From IMG/VR virus record IMGVR_UViG_3300033141_004958: a stretch of 64,000 nt of DNA; one strand, written 5' to 3'. The notes beneath the pieces are model-generated. The model had not been told where the DNA came from. It saw nothing but the letters and a program-made list of their open reading frames with translations, and searched no databases. Within the stretch, counting starts at the first letter, position 1. Each line of letters opens with the position of its first letter. The position numbers and the translations under genes are program-made. This document shows positions 48,403 to 55,193 of this stretch, in pieces. This DNA comes from an uncultured virus (IMG/VR IMGVR_UViG_3300033141_004958). Lineage: Duplodnaviria > Heunggongvirae > Uroviricota > Caudoviricetes.

Positions 48403-48587
48403 TTTAAGCGGCCAAAGTGGCAATGTAATAGAATTTGAGAAAGGGATGTGGAGGGTCGAGCGTGGCAGTACTGCCAGGCCATAGGTCCAGTGACTTAAAT
48501 AACTATAAGTATGCATTGGGTGTATCTCAAATTCGTACAGTGTGGGGCCCATATTGCATTAATGCATTATGGGGCGGCCGCCTTAAA
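48403..48587 (+). ncRNA. Candidate structured ncRNA A (about 185 nt)
   Basis: Terminal stem TTTAAGCGGCC/GGCCG(C)CTTAAA; perfect 10-bp GAATTTGAGA/TCTCAAATTC; internal hairpins; no credible ORF. Confidence 0.65.
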
Positions 48588-48605
48588 ATTTATTGGAATT
48601 TTTTC

Positions 48606-48633
48606 TTACCTGGAAGAAGTTGTACTATATAAT
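48606..48633 (+). promoter_or_regulatory. Possible sigma70-type promoter
   Basis: TTACCT-16 bp-TATAAT. Confidence 0.5.
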
Positions 48634-48659
48634 ATATGATAATATATGACAATTGACAA

Positions 48660-48800
48660 TGTGGCGGCTAAGCTCTTTGGTAAGAGCACGCTTATCACCC
48701 TAATTATCTTGATAAGCGGAGGTTGGGAGGCACCGAGTTTATTATTCGTGAGGGCGATGGTAAATTCGACGCGCCTTAAGGGTTCGATTCCCCCCATTAT
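48660..48800 (+). ncRNA. tRNA-like RNA with extra arms, no anticodon loop or CCA
   Basis: D-arm-like GCTCTT-TGGT-AAGAGC, 9-bp CGCTTATCA/TGATAAGCG stem, two more hairpins, GGG-TTCGATT-CCC T-arm. Confidence 0.55.
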
Positions 48801-48808
48801 AATAAGAT

Positions 48809-48897
48809 TTATGGGGCGCGGCAAATTGGAACGGAATAAAGCGGATCGAGGAAGAAAAACATAGCAAAAGAGGTAGTATATATCCCGCGCCCCATAA
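48809..48897 (+). ncRNA. Candidate small RNA: 13-bp perfect stem closing a purine-rich, GGA-rich loop
   Basis: TTATGGGGCGCGG (48809-48821) / CCGCGCCCCATAA (48885-48897). Confidence 0.55.
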
Positions 48898-48916
48898 TTT
48901 ATCAAAATTTGATAGA

Positions 48917-48984
48917 GCGGATATGGTGAAATGGTATCATCTTTGGCGCCAAAGGTTGCGGGTTCGAATCCGCTATTCGCTCCA
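48917..48984 (+). pseudogene. tRNA-Gly-like gene lacking an anticodon loop
   Basis: GCGGATA/TATTCGC acceptor, U73, CCA; anticodon arm collapsed to CTTTGG-CG-CCAAAG. Confidence 0.75.
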
Positions 48985-49028
48985 AATTTTCTTAAGAGTG
49001 CTGAGTGTAGAAGTAGAATATGAATGGC

Positions 49029-49103
49029 GGTGGACGTAGCTTAATAGGAAAGCATGCGGCTGTGACCCGCAGGATAGGGGTGCAAATCCCCTCGTTCACC
49101 CCA
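49029..49103 (+). tRNA. tRNA-His(GTG)
   Basis: G-1:C73, loop CTGTGAC, CCA. Confidence 0.93.
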
Positions 49104-49122
49104 AGATCTTTAAAAAATAAAC

Positions 49123-49316
49123 TTCTGAGTGGTAATGGTTGCGTTAAGATATGTTGGCTGATCATGTAGCCCGAGTATCAGCAGGTCAAAAGGCGACACC
49201 GTTTCCACCGACCTACAATAGTACCCGCACAATGGCGGTCTTAACGCGGCAATCCTCATCGCCTCCGCGCTTATGACTCGATGACGATTGAGATTTATAG
49301 ATGTCACCACTCAGAA
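49123..49316 (+). ncRNA. Candidate structured ncRNA B (about 194 nt)
   Basis: Terminal stem TTCTGAGTGGT/ACCACTCAGAA; 12-bp GTTGCGTTAAGA/TCTTAACGCGGC; three enclosed hairpins; 3' side hairpin. Confidence 0.7.
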
Positions 49317-49326
49317 TAATAATATT

Positions 49327-49402
49327 GGCCTGGTAGTATCAATAGTAAGAACGCTGTCCTGTCAAGGCAGTAGTGCGAGTGCAAGTCTCGTCCGGGCCGC
49401 CA
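49327..49402 (+). tRNA. tRNA-Asp(GTC)
   Basis: Cloverleaf, loop CTGTCAA, G73, CCA. Confidence 0.9.
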
Positions 49403-49426
49403 GTATTATGGTGATATTGGACGCGC

Positions 49427-49500
49427 GAGTCGGTCGGTTAATGGTAAACTTCCGGTCTCCAAAACCGGCACTGAAGGTTCAAGTCCTTCCCGGCTCGCCA
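49427..49500 (+). tRNA. tRNA-Trp(CCA)
   Basis: Loop CTCCAAA, G73, CCA. Confidence 0.92.
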
Positions 49501-49536
49501 ATGTTTTTATGTAATGGAGGTATTAAAAATAACTAT

Positions 49537-49624
49537 TCCGAAGTCGCCTAATGGTATGGCAGCAGACTGTTAATCTGCCGTGGATTAATCCACATTGTAG
49601 GTTCGAATCCTACCTTCGGAGCCA
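49537..49624 (+). tRNA. tRNA-Asn(GTT) with long variable arm
   Basis: TCCGAAG/CTTCGGA, loop CTGTTAA, V-arm GTGGA-TTAA-TCCAC, G73, CCA. Confidence 0.9.
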
Positions 49625-49631
49625 ATTTTTT

Positions 49632-49705
49632 AGCCCCGTAGCCTAATGGAAAGGCGCAAGATTCTGGCTCTTGTGATGTGCGTTCGACTCGCACCGGGGC
49701 TTCCA
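49632..49705 (+). tRNA. tRNA-Gln(CTG)
   Basis: Loop TTCTGGC, CCA. Confidence 0.9.
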
Positions 49706-49727
49706 AATATCTATTCATCCTAATATT

Positions 49728-49819
49728 GGCGGGGTGCCAGAGTGGGTTATTGGAGCGGTCTTGAAAACCGTCGGTGTTCTACCAAACATCCGTGGGTTCG
49801 AATCCCACCCCCGCCGCCA
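49728..49819 (+). tRNA. tRNA-Ser(TGA)
   Basis: Long V-arm, loop CTTGAAA, G73, CCA. Confidence 0.93.
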
Positions 49820-49846
49820 CCTTATTAATATATAATAGGAGTAAGC

Positions 49847-50494
49847 ATGGCACTTGCTATATTCAACGGCCCCCGCTTCGATCCTTCACGCATTTACTCA
49901 AAAGCCGAGGCAGCGGTTATTGTAGATGCTGGTGCGTGTTGTGGGGAATATTCCAGGTGGCTTCGAGACGTACAAGCATATTGCGGTAAACTGTATATGT
50001 TCGAACCCGCACATAATAATCTAAGCGATCTTGCATCCATAGTAGACGATAGAACATTTCTAATCCCCTATGCTCTTATTGGCCGCGGCGGGTGGGTCGT
50101 TAACGATTTTGCCGAATACAAAGAGTCTCGGGAAATGGAAAGCGTCGGGAATTTATGGGGCCGAATCGACTCTATTTCGATAGAAGAGCCCACAATATAT
50201 TCTGTTCCCGCGGTACCAATAAACGAAATATTTCAATTTCTACGCATACCGCAAATAGATTATCTTAAAATGGATATCGAGGGCCTTGAAGGAGACGTAA
50301 TAAATGCAATGAGTCACAATACGGCAAAGCGTATAAAGCAAATGTCAATTGAGATTCACCCAAAAGTATCCCCGGACCAAATCATGGAAACGTTGAAGAG
50401 TCTTGGATATACTACAGCAATGTTTGTGCAGGATGAAATTGGTATAGTAGAAGGAGACTCTGAAATTTTAGAATGTTATGCATATATGTCATAA
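49847..50494 (+). CDS. FkbM-family SAM-dependent methyltransferase
   Basis: IVDAGACCGEYS, FEP, IDYLKMDIEGLE, IEIH; AGGAG RBS. Confidence 0.88.
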   Translation: MALAIFNGPRFDPSRIYSKAEAAVIVDAGACCGEYSRWLRDVQAYCGKLYMFEPAHNNLSDLASIVDDRTFLIPYALIGRGGWVVNDFAEYKESREMESVGNLWGRIDSISIEEPTIYSVPAVPINEIFQFLRIPQIDYLKMDIEGLEGDVINAMSHNTAKRIKQMSIEIHPKVSPDQIMETLKSLGYTTAMFVQDEIGIVEGDSEILECYAYMS

Positions 50495-50534
50495 AATTAT
50501 TTTATGATATCTTATAATATTAGTGGAGGTGTAT

Positions 50535-51548
50535 ATGTCAAAACAACAATTGGAAAAAGTCGAACTTCTGTGGTCACGCGCATGCCCGTTCAATTGTGCG
50601 GGGTGTGCTATGAAGAAAGCGGTTAATTATAATGACTCGGGTACGATAGAAGAGTGGAAACGGGGATTTGAAAATATTAAGGCTCTTGGATGTGAATTTG
50701 TGGCCATATATGGTGCAGAGCCCCTTGTTAGATTTAATTCGCTCGTAGATATCATACGACTAATACATACCGTTGGCATGGAATGTACTGTTATAACGGC
50801 ACTATATGCTAAAGATAAAGTGCAAGAGTTGATAGATAAATCTGGGCTTAACTCCATTACGATATCTTATGATGGGATTGCCGAAGATGACAGAACTACT
50901 AAGGGGATGAATGGACTTAAGTTGCTCAAAGACATAGAGGTAGATGATAAAGCAGTTTGTTGTACAATATCCAAATTAAATCAAACGCGACTCATCCAAA
51001 CGATGGATGAAGTATTGGATACGGGTTACTGGTTTCTATTTGATATTGCGCACAAGGCGAACCAACCCGCGCAAGTTAGTAAATGTTCTGATACACTAGA
51101 ACCCGTAGAAGCGAATTGGCTTAAGCAATTTTTAACTGCGGCTATTGAGCGAAAAGAAGATGGGGCAAAAATACATCCCAGCATACATTGGATGACCTAT
51201 CTTAAAGAGCATTATGCTGATGGCCCAGGTGATGTTGCCAGAAACGTGTGGCATTGCTATGATGAGAATACGGCAACACTTGGATGGATAACGGTGGAAT
51301 TTAATGGATTGGTGTACCCGTGTGACGACTATCAAATCCCGATAGTAAATCCGGCAACATCTCACGCGCTGCGAATATGGACGCTTAATGAAATAGATGT
51401 TGAGACACTGGTGAAAGAACGAAATCGAATTGTTCGTCCTTGCCGCGGCTGCGCTTGGAATACACATGCAGATGCGATGAGCATAACGTCTGGCGAAATT
51501 GATAGAGGTACTTATGTCCATAATCTTTTTGGAGAAGACCATGCATAA
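50535..51548 (+). CDS. Radical SAM enzyme with SPASM/twitch-like C-terminus
   Basis: CPFNCAGC, YGAEPL, ISYDG, C...TVEFNGLVYPC...CRGC; GGAGG RBS. Confidence 0.88.
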   Translation: MSKQQLEKVELLWSRACPFNCAGCAMKKAVNYNDSGTIEEWKRGFENIKALGCEFVAIYGAEPLVRFNSLVDIIRLIHTVGMECTVITALYAKDKVQELIDKSGLNSITISYDGIAEDDRTTKGMNGLKLLKDIEVDDKAVCCTISKLNQTRLIQTMDEVLDTGYWFLFDIAHKANQPAQVSKCSDTLEPVEANWLKQFLTAAIERKEDGAKIHPSIHWMTYLKEHYADGPGDVARNVWHCYDENTATLGWITVEFNGLVYPCDDYQIPIVNPATSHALRIWTLNEIDVETLVKERNRIVRPCRGCAWNTHADAMSITSGEIDRGTYVHNLFGEDHA

Positions 51549-52518
51549 AGTCATTTTATGCTCCGGTGGGATTGATAGTTTTATAATGTACGAATGGCTG
51601 TTGTCGAATAAACAGCTATTTGATATATTTACGCCGTTGTATATTGATTATGGGCAAAAGTATGTAAAGGCGGAATTAGAAGCATTAAATAGGTTGATAC
51701 CAAATATAGAAGTAATTAGGGTACAAGGGACGCCATATGAAGAAATAAACAGTGGCTTTACGCCGGCACGAAATTTATTTTTGGCGTCGATCGCCGTGAT
51801 GTATGCAAATGCTGACATTGTTTATATGGCCGGATTGAAAGACGATAATGTATCCGACAAAAATCCGGAAGCATTTGAGCAGATGGGGTATATGCTTTCT
51901 AAGTTTAGTAGAAAGAAAATAATTGTAGATAGTCCGTTTTTTGACGTAACAAAGGCACAAATAGTAAGCAAATATCTTGCTGCTGGTGGAAGCCCAGACA
52001 AATTACGCGAGACCTTTTCGTGTTATGCGCCCATTCGAGAAAAAGATCCTTGCTATAATTGCCCTGCATGTTTTCGTAGATGGGTCGCGTTAACAGCCAA
52101 TGGTATTTCAATGCCACCAATAAACCGCGATATTGTATTAAAATACCTAAAGAAACTTAACAATTATTGCCCGGAGCGAGTTAACGCAACACTTGCTGCC
52201 CTTAATGTACATTTTCGCGACGGGATATATTTGATAGATATAGATAATATACTAACTGCGGAGACAAGTACATCAGGAGTTCCCAATTATAAGGATTATC
52301 ATGTACATGCTCATAACGCCGCGGCAGTTAGGGCAATATATCATGAGCATAAGGATGTGGCAATAATCCTTTATACCAGCAGATGGGGCATAGACCGATA
52401 TATTACCGAGCAATGGCTTGCAGAAAACCAAATACCATATCATGCACTATTGATGGATAAACCATTTGCAACTAAATATATCGATGATAAAGCAGTAAAT
52501 AGTCTTGATTTTACATAG
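51541..52518 (+). CDS. queC: QueC-family PP-loop ATPase (7-cyano-7-deazaguanine synthase-like) fused to a C-terminal HAD-like phosphatase domain
   Basis: SGGIDS, DYGQ, PARNLFL, TFSCY, CYNCPACFRR; then IDIDNIL, YTSR, KP, YIDDKA. Confidence 0.85.
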   Translation: MHKVILCSGGIDSFIMYEWLLSNKQLFDIFTPLYIDYGQKYVKAELEALNRLIPNIEVIRVQGTPYEEINSGFTPARNLFLASIAVMYANADIVYMAGLKDDNVSDKNPEAFEQMGYMLSKFSRKKIIVDSPFFDVTKAQIVSKYLAAGGSPDKLRETFSCYAPIREKDPCYNCPACFRRWVALTANGISMPPINRDIVLKYLKKLNNYCPERVNATLAALNVHFRDGIYLIDIDNILTAETSTSGVPNYKDYHVHAHNAAAVRAIYHEHKDVAIILYTSRWGIDRYITEQWLAENQIPYHALLMDKPFATKYIDDKAVNSLDFT

Positions 52519-52532
52519 CGTAAATATATAAT
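52505..52532 (+). promoter_or_regulatory. Sigma70-type promoter
   Basis: TTGATT-16 bp-TATAAT before tRNA-Lys. Confidence 0.65.
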
Positions 52533-52548
52533 ATATGCAAATTAATAA

Positions 52549-52623
52549 GGGCCTGTAGTTCAATAGAAGAACAACCGGCTTTTAACCGGTTGGATGCGGG
52601 TGCAATTCCCGCCGGGCCCACCA
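52549..52623 (+). tRNA. tRNA-Lys(TTT)
   Basis: Loop CTTTTAA, CCA. Confidence 0.93.
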
Positions 52624-52667
52624 AATAATTAGGCAATGACAGCTGATTTTGATTAGGGCTTTAATGG

Positions 52668-52753
52668 GGCCAAGTGGCGGAATTGGCATACGCGCTGGTC
52701 TTAGGAACCAGTGCCCCCGGGGCATGTGGGTTCGACTCCCACCTTGGCCACCA
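52668..52753 (+). tRNA. tRNA-Leu(TAG)
   Basis: Long V-arm, loop CTTAGGA, A73, CCA. Confidence 0.94.
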
Positions 52754-52768
52754 TTGATTTATAATAGT

Positions 52769-52843
52769 GCCCCCGTAGCCTAATGGATAAGGCACCTGAC
52801 TTCTAATCAGAAAATGTGGGTTCGATTCCCACCGGGGGTTCCA
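52769..52843 (+). tRNA. tRNA-Arg(TCT)
   Basis: A20, loop CTTCTAA, CCA. Confidence 0.9.
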
Positions 52844-52942
52844 TTACATATACAAAATTTACTGGAGTGCCAATTGGGCCACATGTATTTAGCAATAATG
52901 GCTTATATAGTCTTTGATATGTAGGTTGGGCGTAAAAAGTAT

Positions 52943-52970
52943 TTGACATTTGAAATCTTATATATATAAT
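52943..52970 (+). promoter_or_regulatory. Consensus sigma70 promoter
   Basis: TTGACA-16 bp-TATAAT before tRNA-Thr. Confidence 0.82.
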
Positions 52971-52979
52971 TTATGAAAA

Positions 52980-53054
52980 GCCGGTGTAGTATAATAGAAT
53001 TACGGCCGCCTTGTAAGCGGTACGATGCAGGTGCAAATCCTGTCACCGGCTCCA
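52980..53054 (+). tRNA. tRNA-Thr(TGT)
   Basis: Loop CTTGTAA, CCA. Confidence 0.9.
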
Positions 53055-53062
53055 AATATTAA

Positions 53063-53138
53063 GCCCGAGTAGCTCAGGTAGTAGAGCGCGTCCTTGGTAA
53101 GGACGAGGTCGTGGGTGCAAATCCCACTACGGGCTCCA
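53063..53138 (+). tRNA. tRNA-Thr(GGT)
   Basis: Loop TTGGTAA, CCA; one acceptor mismatch. Confidence 0.9.
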
Positions 53139-53148
53139 TTGATAATAT

Positions 53149-53222
53149 AGCCCCGTAGCCCAATGGTAAGGCGCGCGGCCTTGGACCGCGTAATGTGGGT
53201 TCGATTCCCACCGGGGCTTCCA
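53149..53222 (+). tRNA. tRNA-Gln(TTG), C33 variant
   Basis: Loop CCTTGGA; same acceptor stem as Gln(CTG); CCA. Confidence 0.88.
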
Positions 53223-53234
53223 AAAAATAATATT

Positions 53235-53321
53235 GGCCGAGTGGTGGAATTGGCAGACACAACGGTTTTAAGCACCGTTGCCTGTAGAGGCGTGTGGGTT
53301 CGACTCCCACCTCGGCCACCA
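53235..53321 (+). tRNA. tRNA-Leu(TAA)
   Basis: Long V-arm, loop TTTAAGC, CCA. Confidence 0.93.
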
Positions 53322-53329
53322 AAAAATAA

Positions 53330-53345
53330 ACCCCGAGCTCGGGGT
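53330..53345. terminator. GC-rich hairpin after tRNA block (possible terminator or processing site)
   Basis: Palindrome ACCCCGAGCTCGGGGT; no clear U-tract on the + strand. Confidence 0.35.
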
Positions 53346-53388
53346 ATCAAAATTAAAACTTATAAACCAAAGAAGCACGTGAGTACGA

Positions 53389-53691
53389 ATGCGAACGAAG
53401 AAAAACATAAAACGATACTTACTTGAATTGCCATATATTAGCACATCACAATTTACTTTTGATCTAGAATTTGAAAAACTTAAGACACAAAGAGACTTAG
53501 AGGAATATCTACGTAGATTATTTGCTGGTGAGATATTTGTCGATAAATATGGCAATGAAATACAATTAAACTCTCGATTGCGTCGTAATTTGTTTAAGAA
53601 CTTTCTTGAGACTGATCCAATAGTTGCATATTTTTTGCTTGCATTTCCTAAGTTCGATTTGCAAAAATTTTTATCCACTATTAAATTCTAA
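53389..53691 (+). CDS. Hypothetical protein
   Basis: 100-aa ORF filling gap between tRNAs. Confidence 0.5.
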   Translation: MRTKKNIKRYLLELPYISTSQFTFDLEFEKLKTQRDLEEYLRRLFAGEIFVDKYGNEIQLNSRLRRNLFKNFLETDPIVAYFLLAFPKFDLQKFLSTIKF

Positions 53692-53701
53692 GATAGAGAA
53701 C

Positions 53702-53777
53702 GCGGGTGTAGCTCAGCTGGTAGAGCACAACGTTGCCAGCGTTGTTGTCGTGGGTTCGAGTCCCATCACCCGCTCCA
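53702..53777 (+). tRNA. tRNA-Gly(GCC)
   Basis: Canonical cloverleaf, loop TTGCCAG, U73, CCA. Confidence 0.95.
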
Positions 53778-53825
53778 TTTTATATTTAGGCTATATATGG
53801 AAATGATAAGATACCTCCATTATAG

Positions 53826-53903
53826 GGGCCCGTAGCTCAAATTAGTCAGAGCAGTGCACTCATAATGCACCGGTTGCGGGTGCAAATCCCATCGGGCCCC
53901 CCA
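53826..53903 (+). tRNA. tRNA-CAT (Ile2-like or elongator Met)
   Basis: GGGCCCG acceptor, loop CTCATAA, unusual C73, one T-stem mismatch. Confidence 0.8.
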
Positions 53904-53920
53904 AATTTTCAGGTGTTGAT

Positions 53921-54511
53921 GTGACCGCTACAAACAGACCAGTATTAGAGCTTAATAAATTATGGCAACCTATTGGTGTTGTAAATGCGATATCGGCCAT
54001 ATCAAAAGTCTTTGTTGACCGAGCCTTGGTTATCGATACTGAGACATATCAATTATATTCATTCGATGAATGGATAGCCAGAAAAAATCAAAGCAAATTC
54101 AGGCTTCGAACGCCAAGTATAGAAATTGATGTACCAGAAGTAATTCGACTAAACTATTATGCGGAGTATCCAAAAAACAGAGAAGTTTTGTTTACTCGGC
54201 GCAATCTTTACATCCGTGATAATTACCAATGCCAATATTGTGGTTGTCGACCAGGTACCAAGGAATTGTCCATAGATCATGTGGTCCCCATTTCACGCGG
54301 CGGTAAAAGCTCTTGGACAAATTGTGTATTAGCATGTACTAATTGTAACTTCCTCAAGGCGGATCAGACTTTGGCTGAAGCGAGACTTAAGCTACGGCGA
54401 CAACCCAAAAAGCCGGTATGGAATGTAAAGTATGCAATACGAAGGCGGCATATACCGGTATCATGGCAATCATTTATAGATGAGGCATATTGGGATATTG
54501 AATTGGAGTAA
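53921..54511 (+). CDS. HNH endonuclease
   Basis: RDNYQCQYCG, IDHVVPISRGG, WTNCVLACTNCN.LK. Confidence 0.92.
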   Translation: MTATNRPVLELNKLWQPIGVVNAISAISKVFVDRALVIDTETYQLYSFDEWIARKNQSKFRLRTPSIEIDVPEVIRLNYYAEYPKNREVLFTRRNLYIRDNYQCQYCGCRPGTKELSIDHVVPISRGGKSSWTNCVLACTNCNFLKADQTLAEARLKLRRQPKKPVWNVKYAIRRRHIPVSWQSFIDEAYWDIELE

Positions 54512-54514
54512 CAT

Positions 54515-54829
54515 ATGGCAAAACCGCGTCGATGTTCATTGGTACGATTTATTGATAATACTATAGACGAGTCGCGTCTATCAAACAATCGCCCTGTTGT
54601 ATATGTGCCATTTATACCTGGCCATATATATGTATTTCTTGGCGAAATCCCCAATATGGACGGGCATTGTATTATTGCCGATTATGTTACTGGGAATATA
54701 TATTGTGGTTATCCTACGGATATCTTCAAAGAAATTCCCGAGGAAGAAATGATGATAGATGACAATATAAATATGGTACAAATAAAATCAACTTTTGCTG
54801 AGATAGATGTTGAATCTAAGGACAAATAA
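54515..54829 (+). CDS. Hypothetical protein
   Basis: YVFLGEIPNMDGHCI; GGAG RBS. Confidence 0.6.
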   Translation: MAKPRRCSLVRFIDNTIDESRLSNNRPVVYVPFIPGHIYVFLGEIPNMDGHCIIADYVTGNIYCGYPTDIFKEIPEEEMMIDDNINMVQIKSTFAEIDVESKDK

Positions 54830-54837
54830 TTTATAAT
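54810..54837 (+). promoter_or_regulatory. Possible sigma70 promoter
   Basis: TTGAAT-16 bp-TATAAT before tRNA-Phe. Confidence 0.6.
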
Positions 54838-54843
54838 ATTACA

Positions 54844-54918
54844 GGTAACGTAGCTCAGGAGTAGAGCACTTGTCTGAAGAACAAGGTGTCGGTGGTGCGA
54901 TTCCACCCGTTACCACCA
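54844..54918 (+). tRNA. tRNA-Phe(GAA)
   Basis: Loop CTGAAGA, CCA. Confidence 0.92.
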
Positions 54919-54926
54919 TAAATTTA

Positions 54927-55001
54927 GCCGGGCGTCGTATAATAGAATTATGACCGCCTCGTAAGCGGTAGACGCGGGTGCGATTCCCGCCCCCGGCTCC
55001 A
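54927..55001 (+). tRNA. tRNA-Thr(CGT)
   Basis: Loop CTCGTAA, CCA; one extra nt in acceptor 5' strand. Confidence 0.8.
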
Positions 55002-55011
55002 TTGATAATAT

Positions 55012-55085
55012 GACGTCATGGCCGATTAGTTAGGCGGCGGGTTGCAAATCCGTTTAAAACGGTGCAATTTCGGATGGCGTCTCCA
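55012..55085 (+). tRNA. tRNA-Cys(GCA), weak T-stem
   Basis: Loop TTGCAAA, U73, CCA; two T-stem mismatches. Confidence 0.75.
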
Positions 55086-55091
55086 TATTAT

Positions 55092-55183
55092 GGAGGGATG
55101 ACTGAGCGGTTTAAAGTGGCGGTTTGCTAAATCGTTGTAGGTGATAACACCTACCGCGGGTTCGAATCCCGCTCCCTCCGCCA
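55092..55183 (+). tRNA. tRNA-Ser(GCT)
   Basis: Long V-arm, loop TTGCTAA, G73, CCA. Confidence 0.94.
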
Positions 55184-55193
55184 TTGAATATTT

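Noticed and set aside
48660..48800. tmRNA
   Set aside because: GGGCGATGGTAAATTCGAC loosely recalls the tmRNA 5' end, but there is no G3:U70 acceptor, CCA, tag ORF or sufficient length.
48259..53426. Short ORFs overlapping tRNA genes (e.g. 48259-48552, 49288-49551, 53000-53350, 53074-53322)
   Set aside because: Shadow translations of tRNA/ncRNA sequence with no RBS or protein motifs.
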